Source: Planctomycetota bacterium (GTDB lineage Bacteria; Planctomycetota; PUPC01; JACPCR01). Taken from it: DNA of 64,000 nt. Under the pieces are notes generated by a model. The model was not told the origin of the DNA. It saw only the letters and a list, made by a program, of their open reading frames with translations, and did not search any database. This document shows positions 1 to 9,353 of this stretch, piece by piece. Where the stretch lies: the NCBI GenBank assembly GCA_016179685.1, contig JACPCR010000061.1, positions 28,336 to 92,335 on the forward strand. The letters run 5' to 3'. How positions within the stretch are numbered: position 1 is the stretch's first letter; every line of letters starts with the position of its first letter. The translations under genes were made by a program, and so were the position numbers.

Positions 1-117
1 TTCGATCGGATAGGTGGCATCGGGCGGCCATCGGCGCGACCGCTCGACGCGTTCCACATACCGTGCCGCAAGAAGATAGACGCCCAAGGCGCACATCAAG
101 AAGAGAAGATGCTTCAT
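1..117 (-). CDS. Partial CDS (N-terminus) of a probable exported or membrane protein, running off the window start
   Basis: Minus-strand ATG at 117 gives MKHLLFLMCALGVYLLAARYVERVERSRRWPPDATYPIE, open to base 1, with a hydrophobic N-terminus. Confidence 0.55.
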   Translation of the reverse strand, partial: MKHLLFLMCALGVYLLAARYVERVERSRRWPPDATYPIE

Positions 118-146
118 GGACGGGTTGCAGGGTCGAGTTGGCTTCC

Positions 147-1829
147 CTATTTCACCGATCTTTCCGGCTTGAAGATGTCGTAAACCCACCAGCAGATTCC
201 AGAAACGACGGAGAGGATTGCTGCATGCGCGATCGCTCCGGCGGTGAGCACCGAGAGGGTCAATACGATCGATTCATCTCCCGATTTCAGGAACGAAAGC
301 TCGTCGAACCGGGTGCCCATCTGGACCGCCGGGCTTGCAAGGTCCATCAGGAAGTAGAGGCCGATAAGGAGCAGGGCCGACCAAGCCATTGAGGCATGGA
401 GTGACGTGGGCTTTTTCCCCGGATTCTGCGAAGGATGCAGGCAGAGCCCGAGAAGGAGTCCGGTCACGGTCCCAACGTTCAAAATATGCTCCAGAAAAGG
501 AGCATTCGCGCTGATGCTGAGGGGGCCGCCGGTCACGTTTCCAAGGATTGCGCCCGCGAACAGTCCCACAAGGGGAAAGACGGGACGATGCCATCGCGGG
601 ATACGCGCGACCCCGTCCGTAGAAATTCCCGAGGACTCGGATGCAGCCCGCGGAGAACACTGCGCGCCGGAGGCATCAGGCTGGCTGATTTCTGCCAGCC
701 TCTGATGGATCAAGCGTTGAAGCCACTCCAGCTCCTTCCAGGACAGCCCGTGCCCGAAGCGGATGGAAGCTCGGTCCGACCTTGCCACGAGAAACCCGGC
801 GAACTCCTCGTAGGCCATATCCAGGTGGCCGTTGGTGTCACGCCGGACGAGCGCGACTTCCTCGAGTTCCTGGATCGGGAAATCCACGGTCTTGCGAAAG
901 ACGAGCCCCTTGAAACAGGCTCGGAGGCGCTCGGGTGAAAGGTCGACGTCGGCAGAGAGGCCATACCGGACCTTGAGCCACCCCAAAAACGTGCACAAGG
1001 GAGGCAGTATGCCGACCAGGGGATTGCCCAGGAAGCCTACGGGAATCGTCCAGAAAAGAAAGCCGACGACCGAGACCCTGGCCAAAGTCATGGTGGCCGG
1101 CCGCGGCACCCGGATTCGCAAGTGACCGTCAGGCGATTCTTCAACCTCAGATCGGCAGTCAGCAGGCCTGTCGGGTGGCGATGCAGGTGCGGGGGCAGCC
1201 GAGGCCACTCGTTCCCGGAGAGAAAGGTCAAGCTCGTGGTAGCCGCGGGTGACGCCCTGGGTCGCATCGTGTATAGGAAAGCGCAAAAAATGCGCTGCGG
1301 CCTCGGCGATTGGGACGGCACTCTCCCACGTGCCCGCGCGCCCGAGCAGGACAGGCTCGGATTCTCCCGACAAGCTGATGCAATAGACGGTGTTCGTTCT
1401 CCCTTTACCAGCCGGCTCCTCTCTCCGATCCAGGAGGACCTTCGAATAGCCGGACAACTTCCCACGCGTCCTCCACACCCAGACGCCCATGGCCAAGCCA
1501 GTGGAAAATGTCCCCTTGCGCCGGTCCAGCACGACCTGTTCCCGTCCGAATAGCAGGGCCGAACCGTAGAATGCGATCAGTATGAGAAAACAAATCAACA
1601 CCATGACGATGAGGGTGACGAAGGGGATGGGAATAACCCCTCTCCAGAGCATTCGGCCAAATTGGAGTTCCCCCATTATGCCGATGACAAGCAAGGCGAC
1701 CGCTAGAACGAATGAAGCCCCCCTGGAGCGCTGCTTGAAGATCAGGCGCTCAGATTCCCAGGAGTCGATACCGTACCGAACATGGGGGCCGCTAGGCGGG
1801 GGGAGGATGAGCTCAATCGATATGGGCAT
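147..1829 (-). CDS. Hypothetical multi-pass membrane protein
   Basis: 560-aa ORF with several hydrophobic segments alternating with soluble stretches. Confidence 0.7.
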   Translation of the reverse strand: MPISIELILPPPSGPHVRYGIDSWESERLIFKQRSRGASFVLAVALLVIGIMGELQFGRMLWRGVIPIPFVTLIVMVLICFLILIAFYGSALLFGREQVVLDRRKGTFSTGLAMGVWVWRTRGKLSGYSKVLLDRREEPAGKGRTNTVYCISLSGESEPVLLGRAGTWESAVPIAEAAAHFLRFPIHDATQGVTRGYHELDLSLRERVASAAPAPASPPDRPADCRSEVEESPDGHLRIRVPRPATMTLARVSVVGFLFWTIPVGFLGNPLVGILPPLCTFLGWLKVRYGLSADVDLSPERLRACFKGLVFRKTVDFPIQELEEVALVRRDTNGHLDMAYEEFAGFLVARSDRASIRFGHGLSWKELEWLQRLIHQRLAEISQPDASGAQCSPRAASESSGISTDGVARIPRWHRPVFPLVGLFAGAILGNVTGGPLSISANAPFLEHILNVGTVTGLLLGLCLHPSQNPGKKPTSLHASMAWSALLLIGLYFLMDLASPAVQMGTRFDELSFLKSGDESIVLTLSVLTAGAIAHAAILSVVSGICWWVYDIFKPERSVK

Positions 1830-2028
1830 GCCTAATTTTTCAACGACTGACCCGGAGACGAATCGTTCGTCCCTCCGCGTTTGGATGGGGCTCGAGCAGG
1901 GGCTTCAGCGGGGGGATGTCTTCGAGGGCAGTCCCGTTTAGTGTAATATCTTCTAGGTTGACCAATCCGGTGAGCGGAGTCAGATCGGAAGTTAACATGT
2001 TTTATAATATGGACTTATAATTGATGCT

Positions 2029-2056
2029 TTGACAGCAAACAAATTGATGCTATGAT
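2029..2056 (+). promoter_or_regulatory. Sigma70-type promoter of vapBC with candidate operator repeats
   Basis: TTGACA (2029-2034), 16-bp spacer, TGc-TATGAT (2051-2056); AATTGATGCT direct repeats at 2019 and 2042. Confidence 0.6.
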
Positions 2057-2126
2057 GCCACTTTCTGCTGAATGCCGATTATCCATCAGTCAAACAGAAT
2101 CAAAATTGCTTAACAGGGGAATGGCC

Positions 2127-2393
2127 ATGCGGACAACGATTACCATCGACGACGACTTGTTCGCGACCTTGAAACAGGAAGCTTTCAAGAATCACATGTC
2201 GTTCAAAGAGATAGTTAACAGAAGCCTTCGGTCCGGTCTCAAAGCGACCACCCACCCAGGTCAATCCCGGCGTTATATCTGCAGGACGTTTCCCATGGGG
2301 TATCCACCGCTGGTGAATATTGATCGTGCCCAAGAAATTGCCGACCTGCTCGAGGAAGAAGAAATCGTCCGAAAACTCGAACTGCGAAAATGA
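2127..2393 (+). CDS. vapB: VapB-type ribbon-helix-helix antitoxin
   Basis: MRTTITIDDDL N-terminus; GGGGA RBS upstream; ATGA overlap with the PIN gene. Confidence 0.85.
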   Translation: MRTTITIDDDLFATLKQEAFKNHMSFKEIVNRSLRSGLKATTHPGQSRRYICRTFPMGYPPLVNIDRAQEIADLLEEEEIVRKLELRK

Positions 2394-2821
2394 AAGTTGT
2401 TGACATCAATCTCTTGCTCTATGCCGTCAATGTTGACGCACCCCACCATGCCAGGGCCCGGGCCTGGTGGGAGGAAACTCTCTCAGGTGAAGAACCCGTT
2501 GGACTAGCGTGGTCGGTTGTGCTGGGTTTTCTGCGGGTCTCAACGAGCGGCCGGGTCATGCCTCACCCTCTCAAGCCCGACCAAGCCCTGGACTTGATGG
2601 AGGAATGGCTGGGGTTGCCTCCTGCAACAATATTGTTGCCGACGGAGCGTCATTGGGAAATTTTCAAGGCTTTGCTTCTGCCCCTGGGCATGGCTGGCAA
2701 CCTCACGTCGGACGCCCATCTAGCTGCCTTGGCGATCGAGCACGGTGCTCGATTATACTCTTCGGACAATGATTTTGGCAGGTTTCCGCACCTCCGCTGG
2801 GTCAATCCGCTTGCTGCTTAA
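2390..2821 (+). CDS. vapC: VapC PIN-domain ribonuclease toxin
   Basis: VVDINLLLYA, DAHLAALAIEHG and SSDNDF PIN motifs; 143 aa. Confidence 0.92.
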   Translation: MKVVDINLLLYAVNVDAPHHARARAWWEETLSGEEPVGLAWSVVLGFLRVSTSGRVMPHPLKPDQALDLMEEWLGLPPATILLPTERHWEIFKALLLPLGMAGNLTSDAHLAALAIEHGARLYSSDNDFGRFPHLRWVNPLAA

Positions 2822-2869
2822 TACGGAAACGTTACGCTTCCGCATTGCATAGTCATTCCTTGGCAAGCC

Positions 2870-5314
2870 CTAAGATTCAAACATCGCACGCCACCGTGTT
2901 GCCGAAGCCGTCGTCGTCACCGGAACAAGCCATGCCCCTCCGCTCCCGCGCCGGGCCGTGACGGGTTGGCCGTCCACCTCAGCGCCCCGCATGGCCATGC
3001 CGGATGCGCTGATGGCCACGTAGCCCTGATGACCTGCGGGACGCACGGCTACGCCGGACAGGACTCGAGTTTCCAAGTTCCACCGCACGTCTTCCAGCTC
3101 GGCCCCGCAACTCTGGTGGAAGCTCGTCCCGGCCACCCATGGGTGCGGCCGCGGCCGGCGCAGGCACAGGAGCTTGACGCCGGGCCCGGCAAAGGTGATG
3201 TCCAGCCAGCCAGGCTCGCCGCCGACCGACAGGTCCTGATGGTCGCCTGGGTGCACGTAACCCTTTGGATTGACACGCTTTGACGGAATCAGCCCGAGAA
3301 ACTGGCCCGACCAGAATTCATAGGCCCAGTACTTCTCGGACGGGCAAAGCCCCACCCGCTCGAAAGGGAGGGCGAACCGGGCGATTTTTGGCGGCTGACT
3401 CGATCCTCCCGCGGTGTCGAAGGCGAAAAACGCCACCAAGTCCCATTCGTCCCAGTCCCGTTTGAAGTGAAGATGCCAGACACAGCCGGGCGGGTGCTCA
3501 CGGACCTCCGTGGCGTTTGCCTTTTCGCCCTTGCAGACCGCCACGTAATCGGCATTCCCAGGGTCATACGCCGGCTCGAAAAGATCGACCGCTCTGGCGG
3601 ATGCGTCCGGCGGCGGAAGTGTGGCCTCGAGCACTTGCCACCGTTCCTCCGGCAGCGACTGGAGGGTGTCCCCGACGTCGATCTGGCCGCCGCTGAGGAA
3701 GGCGGCGGTCGCCCGCATCCGGGCTTCGTCGAGGGTGCCGGGCAGTCCGACGCACAGGCAGGAGGTCTGGATCAGGCCCCACCGGCGATTCTTGAACAGA
3801 TGGCACGCCATGGAGCGAAGATTCGCCCGCTGGAAATCCCAGGTGATGCAGCCCGTGTTGCCCGTGTCGTTGCAGGTATACAGCAGAGGCCACTGGCCCG
3901 TCCCCGGCAGCTCGGGCCCGCCGCAGTTGAGCAGAAGCGCGCCGGGCAGCTCCTCACGGAGAATCCGGGCGCCCCTGCGGGCGGCCTCCACCCCGGACCC
4001 CGCAACCATGCGCCGGTCGAACCGCCTCTTGGCCAGGGCGTGGCAGGCGAAGCCGAGGAAATCGCCCTTGAAGTAGCGCACTCCCTTTCGATGCAGCGCC
4101 CGAACCTTTTCCCGCAAGTACTCCTGCGCGCCCGGGTGGGTCAGGTCCAGGATGAATATCTTCCCGTGCGGCTGCCAGAACCAGGTCCAGGCCTCCGCGG
4201 GCTTACCCTGTTCGTCCAGGATGAGCCACTCCGGGTGCTCCCTGGCCACGGGATCGAACTCGCTGACGGCGAAGGGTGCTTTCCAGACGCCGAGCTCGAG
4301 GCCCAGGCCTTTCAATTCTCCGGCCAGCCATGCGAGCCCCCGGGAAAACTGTTCGTTCTCCTCGAACACGCTCGGCAACTGGCCCTTCTCCCACCCGAGG
4401 TCGGCCTCGATGATCTTCATGCCCAGAGGAGCGAGCCGCTCGGCCGCTATCCGGGCGGTCCCGAGAATCCGGTCCTCCGTCACGCCCAGTCGATAGGGAT
4501 ACCAACTGCACCAGGAAACGACGGGTCCTGGTGGAATCTCGGGCCGATGCCGGGCCCGCACCAGGTCGCCATACGATTCCATCAACACGTGCGGGTCAGG
4601 CCCCACGAGGAGGACCGCATCTTCAAGCTCGACGGTCTCGCCGGGTATCAGCAGCAGGTCCCCGCCGTCGAAGCCGAGAGCCCATCGCTCGACGTTCCCT
4701 TCCGCACCGGTGCGCAGCTCGATCTGTCCGTTCCAACGCTCGCTGGTCTCGTATCCGGCCAGGAACGCCTTCTTTTCCCCGCGGTCATAAAACACGGCAA
4801 AATGGGTGGAGGCCAGTTGCCGCGGCTTGAGCGTCTGCGGCCCGGGCGATCCGGGTTCCGAACCCGACGCGGCCGTGATTTTCGGCGACTCCTGAAGCGC
4901 CACGACGTCCCCGTGGTATGCACCCTGGACCAGCACGCGCACCTGTCCCGGCCGAGAACCGAAACGAATGGACGACCCGGCCTGGTCCGTCTGCAGCAGT
5001 TCCACTCGGTTCAGCACCGCCTCGGTCCGGCCCGTGTAAGAGAGCTGGCTTCGCCATTGCACGCCGCAGCAGCCCGCTGGAAGGGCTTGAAGCCGAAACC
5101 GCGCTCCGCCTTCGAGCTCGTATTCTGCGGTCACTCCTCCGGCAGCCGCCGGAGTCGCCGCTTGCCACCGGAGGACCCTGCGGCGGATGCCCTCGAGCCA
5201 CACCGCCGGCGCGAGGCCGGCCAGCGAGAATCCTTCCCAGCCCGGGCATCGAAGGTGAACGAATCCGGACGAATCCATCGACGTTTCCAGCCGAAGGTCA
5301 CTTGAATCTGCCAT
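2870..5314 (-). CDS. Alpha-galactosidase-like glycoside hydrolase (GH36/clan D)
   Basis: WCSWY, EADLGW, GVWKAPF, LDLTHP, YFKGDF (nucleophile Asp) and TCNDT motifs; start placed at ATG 5314 because the upstream extension crosses REP-like repeats. Confidence 0.8.
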   Translation of the reverse strand: MADSSDLRLETSMDSSGFVHLRCPGWEGFSLAGLAPAVWLEGIRRRVLRWQAATPAAAGGVTAEYELEGGARFRLQALPAGCCGVQWRSQLSYTGRTEAVLNRVELLQTDQAGSSIRFGSRPGQVRVLVQGAYHGDVVALQESPKITAASGSEPGSPGPQTLKPRQLASTHFAVFYDRGEKKAFLAGYETSERWNGQIELRTGAEGNVERWALGFDGGDLLLIPGETVELEDAVLLVGPDPHVLMESYGDLVRARHRPEIPPGPVVSWCSWYPYRLGVTEDRILGTARIAAERLAPLGMKIIEADLGWEKGQLPSVFEENEQFSRGLAWLAGELKGLGLELGVWKAPFAVSEFDPVAREHPEWLILDEQGKPAEAWTWFWQPHGKIFILDLTHPGAQEYLREKVRALHRKGVRYFKGDFLGFACHALAKRRFDRRMVAGSGVEAARRGARILREELPGALLLNCGGPELPGTGQWPLLYTCNDTGNTGCITWDFQRANLRSMACHLFKNRRWGLIQTSCLCVGLPGTLDEARMRATAAFLSGGQIDVGDTLQSLPEERWQVLEATLPPPDASARAVDLFEPAYDPGNADYVAVCKGEKANATEVREHPPGCVWHLHFKRDWDEWDLVAFFAFDTAGGSSQPPKIARFALPFERVGLCPSEKYWAYEFWSGQFLGLIPSKRVNPKGYVHPGDHQDLSVGGEPGWLDITFAGPGVKLLCLRRPRPHPWVAGTSFHQSCGAELEDVRWNLETRVLSGVAVRPAGHQGYVAISASGMAMRGAEVDGQPVTARRGSGGAWLVPVTTTASATRWRAMFES

Positions 5315-5460
5315 GGGGAACACCGGTCCTGGGTTACGAAGATTCCGAAGCGCTCGCGTACGCTTAGCCGACGCGTGGTGGCAGGCGGCCACGCCTGCCT
5401 TCCCCTCCGAGGCGCGCACGCGTAGCCGACGCTTCCCAACGGGATGAACTCCGAGGGGGG

Positions 5461-5564
5461 GCGGACGCACAGCGACCGCGCTACCTGGCCCCCGGCGCGC
5501 TCGTGCGCGCAACGCGTAGGGGGAGCGGACGCACAGCGACCGCGCTACCTGGCCCCCGGCGCGC
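5461..5564. repeat. Two 40-bp direct repeats, GTAG-type REP-like
   Basis: GCGGACGCACAGCGACCGCGCTACCTGGCCCCCGGCGCGC at 5461-5500 and 5525-5564; the reverse strand reads GTAG followed by an imperfect hairpin. Confidence 0.8.
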
Positions 5565-5741
5565 GTCGTAGCATGCGGCCGCGCCTGCCACCCCCTCCGG
5601 CGCGCTGGCGCACTTCGGCTACGAAATGAAGATTATGCGTGGAGACTCGACTGGCAGGCAAGTCTCATCGGCGCGGGAATCCCGCCGGGGGGGCGCAGCG
5701 GAAAACTTTCACAAGCCAACTGAAGCCCTTCGGCTTTTGCA

Positions 5742-8700
5742 TCATGGCATCAGCTTTTCAGGCCGGTCCGTCTGGCCCTTGCCGTCGTCTCTGTTTCCGG
5801 AATCGGGTCCCAGCTTTCCCGACGACCTCAAGGATTCCAGGTGTGAAGCGGCCTGGCGATCCCGCGCGTTGACTTTCAGAGCGGACTGGTAGCTTTCGGC
5901 CGCGTCGGAGAAACGCCCGAGCTTTTCGTAGATCAGTCCCATCCGCACGCAGGCCGGGCCGATTTCGGCCTGAGCCGCAACCGCAAGCTGTTCGAGCGCC
6001 TCGTCCGGCCGGCCCAGGTTGTCCAGCACCAGCCCGAGATTGAATCGCAGGCGGGGTCGCTCCGACTCCGTTGCCAGGGACACGGCCTTTTCCAGGAGCG
6101 GGAGCGCCTCTTCGAATCGGCCGCGCCGCACCATCAGGACGCCCAGATTCGTATGAGCCTGGGTGGAATTCGGGTCGAGCTTCAGGGCAAGCTCGAAGGC
6201 CTCGATGGCCGATTCCAATTCCGCTTCGCCCGCTGCCCCGCGTTCCGGCTGCCGGGCGACGAGCAGGACCCCGAGGTTGCAGGCCGCTTTGGCGAAGAGG
6301 TCGCTCGGGGACCCCAGGTTCTGAAGCCGGCGTCTCAGCCGCTCGGGGCCGCTCTCCTCCAGGGCCAGGATCGGGGGCAGGAGCGTCAGCAGCTCCTGGA
6401 GTGCCAGACACGCCCGATCGGTCTGTTTCGCCTCGTAGAGCCTGCCCGCGTGGTCATTGAGCAGCTCATACAGAGCCAGTAGAGCCTCCAGGTCACCGGG
6501 ATGAGCGGCCTGGGCCGCCCGCACGCGGTCGAGCGCCTTGTCCACCTTCTCCACCTTGAGCCACATCGCGCTCATGTGGAGATGCCACACGGCCTGGCGT
6601 ACCTGGGCCAAGCGCTTCATTTCCTCCTGGCCCGCGGCCCCCTCGGCCAGAATGGCAGCGACCGGCTTCATCGTCGTCTCGAATTGCAGGACAGGGTCCA
6701 GGTAGCTGCGGTACATCTGCCGCGGCATGTCGAACTCGAGCCGTGCATTGTCGTCCGTGTGGAGAAGCCCCGGGCCCGCCAAGCGCGCCGCGCCTTCGCC
6801 ATCCGTCAGGAAGTGCGCTAGTAGCGTCGCTGCATCGGCGACACCGATCAGCTCGACGTCGGCCTTGACCTGGGGCCGATCGAGCCTTGGACCCAGCTTC
6901 GCCAGGTCCACTCGAAGCGGCTGCTTCGAGCCGATCAGCAGCAAGTCCGCCGAGCTGGCATACCAGATTCCCATTTCCGGAAACACCTGATGAAAGGTGC
7001 GCAGGATCAGGTGGAACGTGGGCAGGTCGAGCTGGTAGGTCTGCAGCCACTGGCACATGATTCCATCGTCGCTGAGCCGCTCCCGGCACTTCTGCCAGAA
7101 TTCCAGGGTGAAAAGGTCGCCCACGCCGGCCATCCACGGGTTCGACGGCTCGGACGTGATGACGTCATAACGGTGATCGGTGAGGAACACGTGATTGCGG
7201 CCGTCGCCGATCAGAAGCCTCGCTGCCGGATGATTCAGGCAGTCCCCGTTGAATTCCCGGAAGAACAGGCTGACCGCTTCGGCGACCTCCGGAGAAATCT
7301 CCACGCAGTCGGCCCGGTCGGGCCCGTGGGTCAGAATGGAACCCAGGGTCATGCCGCTGCCGAGCCCGATGACCAGGACCTCGCGGGGCGACGGGTGCAG
7401 CAGGGCGGGCAGGTGGCCCAGGAGCTTCTGGGTGTTCATGTCGCCCACGGAGGTGGCATCGACCTTCCCGTTCACGGCGAGGTGAAGGACGCCGGGCGAT
7501 GATTCCTTCACCGTCACGGTGCAGGCCGTGCCGTCTCGGCTGTACCGGATGGCGCCGTGCAGCCTGGCCACTTCCTCGACGATCGCCCGCGGATCGCTTT
7601 CTGGCTTGAGCTTCATGACTCCATAGAGGAACGGGGCGCTCGTCATGGAGTGCATGTCCCAGCGCGGGAGGAGGAAGACGCAGAGGGCGGCGAGGCCGAT
7701 GACGGCCGCGGCGCGGTTCACCCGTTTGGCCAGGCCCCAGGTCCGGAAAGACAGGAGCACGATGCTGCACGCGCCGAAATTGAGGGCCGCCCCAAGGATG
7801 AGCGTGTCCTGCACCCCGAGGCCAGGCAGCCAGAGGAATCCCGCGCTCAGGGACCCCAGGATGGCGCCCAGCGTATTGACGCCGTAGACCTCCGCGGTGG
7901 ACCGTCCGAGGCTCTCCAGACGCCGCGTCCAGATGGCCGCCGTCAGGGGAAACATCGCCCCCATCAAGGACGTCGGGATCACCATCAGCCCGAAAAGATA
8001 CAGGAATTCGGTCCACTGCAGCCACCCGAAGGCGTCCCGATACCGCGCTAAGGCGGCCAGCACCCACACCGGGAGACGGCCGATGAGAAACACCATGACG
8101 AGGGTGAAGACTCCAATCCAGGCCTGGGCTGCACCGACCCAGGGGATCAACTCTCTCGTCGGGCGTATCCACGCGGCCAGAATCAGGCTGCCCAGTCCGA
8201 TCCCCAGGATGAAGGCGGTGAGCATCAGGCTGAAGGCGTAGGTGGAGGAGCCGAGGAGCAGGCTGCAGACGCGGGCGAGAGCCACCTCGTCCGCCATGGC
8301 CGCAAAGCCCGAGACGCCGAAGGCGATGAGCGAAGCCCGGGCCTCCCAGGGAGTGAAGACAACCGGCTGCTCCGGGCCCCCTGACGTCACCTCGGAATCC
8401 GCGGCCTCGGTCGCTTGCTCTGCCGGCACCTGCCTCCGGCCCAGGAAAAGAACCGCCACAAGGCCCACGGCCACGTTGACCCCCACGGCGGTCCAGACCG
8501 TGGCCTGGACGCCCAGCTTCGGGATCAGAAAGAATCCTGTCAGAACCGTCCCGGTCACCGCTCCAAAGGTGTTCAAGGCATACACGAGCGCGACGGCCCG
8601 GCCGAAACCCTCCGCTCGACGCACAAACGCCCGGAGGAGAAGCGGGAGGGTGGCCCCCATGAATGTCGTCGGGACCAGCAGGAGCAGCCCGCACGCCAGC

Positions 8701-9056
8701 GTCCTGACCAGCACCAGGGTCGCCGAGGCGCCGCCTTCCGCCTGCCGGTAGAGCGCTGCGTAGAGTGGCGTCAGAAGGTCCAGAAGTTTTGGGAGAACGA
8801 GGCAATAGAACCCCACGCCGATCTCGAGCAGGCCGTAGAGCCGGACCGGGTTGTTCCGGCGGTCGGCCATGCGGCCGCCCCAGAAGCTGCCGAGGGCGAG
8901 ACCGCCCATGAAGGCGGCGAGGACCGTGGCCGTGGCATGGACCGAATTGCCGAACACGTGGCCCAGCAGGCGGCTCCAGACGATCTCGTAGACGAGGCCG
9001 CACGCGCCCGAGAGGAAGAAACAGGCCAGCAAGAGCAGTGTTCGCCCGCGCACCAT
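5742..9056 (-). CDS. Fused MFS-like membrane / spermidine synthase domain protein with C-terminal TPRs
   Basis: SGACGLVYEIVWSR start, many TM helices, LVIGLGSGMT, GDGRN and DVITSEPSNPW motifs, TPR-like C-terminus. Confidence 0.88.
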   Translation of the reverse strand: MVRGRTLLLLACFFLSGACGLVYEIVWSRLLGHVFGNSVHATATVLAAFMGGLALGSFWGGRMADRRNNPVRLYGLLEIGVGFYCLVLPKLLDLLTPLYAALYRQAEGGASATLVLVRTLACGLLLLVPTTFMGATLPLLLRAFVRRAEGFGRAVALVYALNTFGAVTGTVLTGFFLIPKLGVQATVWTAVGVNVAVGLVAVLFLGRRQVPAEQATEAADSEVTSGGPEQPVVFTPWEARASLIAFGVSGFAAMADEVALARVCSLLLGSSTYAFSLMLTAFILGIGLGSLILAAWIRPTRELIPWVGAAQAWIGVFTLVMVFLIGRLPVWVLAALARYRDAFGWLQWTEFLYLFGLMVIPTSLMGAMFPLTAAIWTRRLESLGRSTAEVYGVNTLGAILGSLSAGFLWLPGLGVQDTLILGAALNFGACSIVLLSFRTWGLAKRVNRAAAVIGLAALCVFLLPRWDMHSMTSAPFLYGVMKLKPESDPRAIVEEVARLHGAIRYSRDGTACTVTVKESSPGVLHLAVNGKVDATSVGDMNTQKLLGHLPALLHPSPREVLVIGLGSGMTLGSILTHGPDRADCVEISPEVAEAVSLFFREFNGDCLNHPAARLLIGDGRNHVFLTDHRYDVITSEPSNPWMAGVGDLFTLEFWQKCRERLSDDGIMCQWLQTYQLDLPTFHLILRTFHQVFPEMGIWYASSADLLLIGSKQPLRVDLAKLGPRLDRPQVKADVELIGVADAATLLAHFLTDGEGAARLAGPGLLHTDDNARLEFDMPRQMYRSYLDPVLQFETTMKPVAAILAEGAAGQEEMKRLAQVRQAVWHLHMSAMWLKVEKVDKALDRVRAAQAAHPGDLEALLALYELLNDHAGRLYEAKQTDRACLALQELLTLLPPILALEESGPERLRRRLQNLGSPSDLFAKAACNLGVLLVARQPERGAAGEAELESAIEAFELALKLDPNSTQAHTNLGVLMVRRGRFEEALPLLEKAVSLATESERPRLRFNLGLVLDNLGRPDEALEQLAVAAQAEIGPACVRMGLIYEKLGRFSDAAESYQSALKVNARDRQAASHLESLRSSGKLGPDSGNRDDGKGQTDRPEKLMP

Positions 9057-9068
9057 TTACCCCCATCC

Positions 9069-9116
9069 TAGTAGACGCGTTCGCAAGTGCACCCGCACCT
9101 GCGAACACATCTACTA
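9069..9116. repeat. 48-bp palindrome, copy A
   Basis: TAGTAGACGCGTTCGCAAGTGC-ACCC-GCACCTGCGAACACATCTACTA; 19/22 bp stem. Confidence 0.85.
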
Positions 9117-9144
9117 TAGGAAACCCCAGCGAAATAGGGAAGCC

Positions 9145-9203
9145 CGATATTCCATAAGTGGCCAGTTCACAAGTGGTTAAATTTGAATGACTCTTGAATT
9201 TCG
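9145..9203. repeat. 59-bp conserved core shared with 45713-45771
   Basis: 55/59 identical by manual alignment. Confidence 0.9.
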
Positions 9204-9353
9204 ATGGGGCTTCAAGAGCGAGTCACCCTATTTGCCAGACACCTCGTCTTGCGCCGTACCGAGTGCAATCCTGCCTGCTCCCCGTACAATGCTTTTCATT
9301 GTTTCCGGCAACGCGGAAATTGTTTCCCAGCTTTCTTGGTGGCGACGTCTTCC

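Noticed and set aside
1845-1950. Minus-strand TALEDIPPLKPLLE, resembling a DUF86/HepT C-terminus
   Set aside because: Too short to support without a search
3467-5305. Long antisense or alternate-frame ORFs (also 7165-9108, 13692-16112, 19410-22292, 36319-38238, 51970-54627)
   Set aside because: They overlap well-supported genes, have no motifs and are the expected shadows of high-GC codon usage
5461-5564. Repeat-spacer-repeat considered as a mini CRISPR array
   Set aside because: Only two repeats, a 24-bp spacer, no cas genes or leader; the GTAG-hairpin form fits a REP
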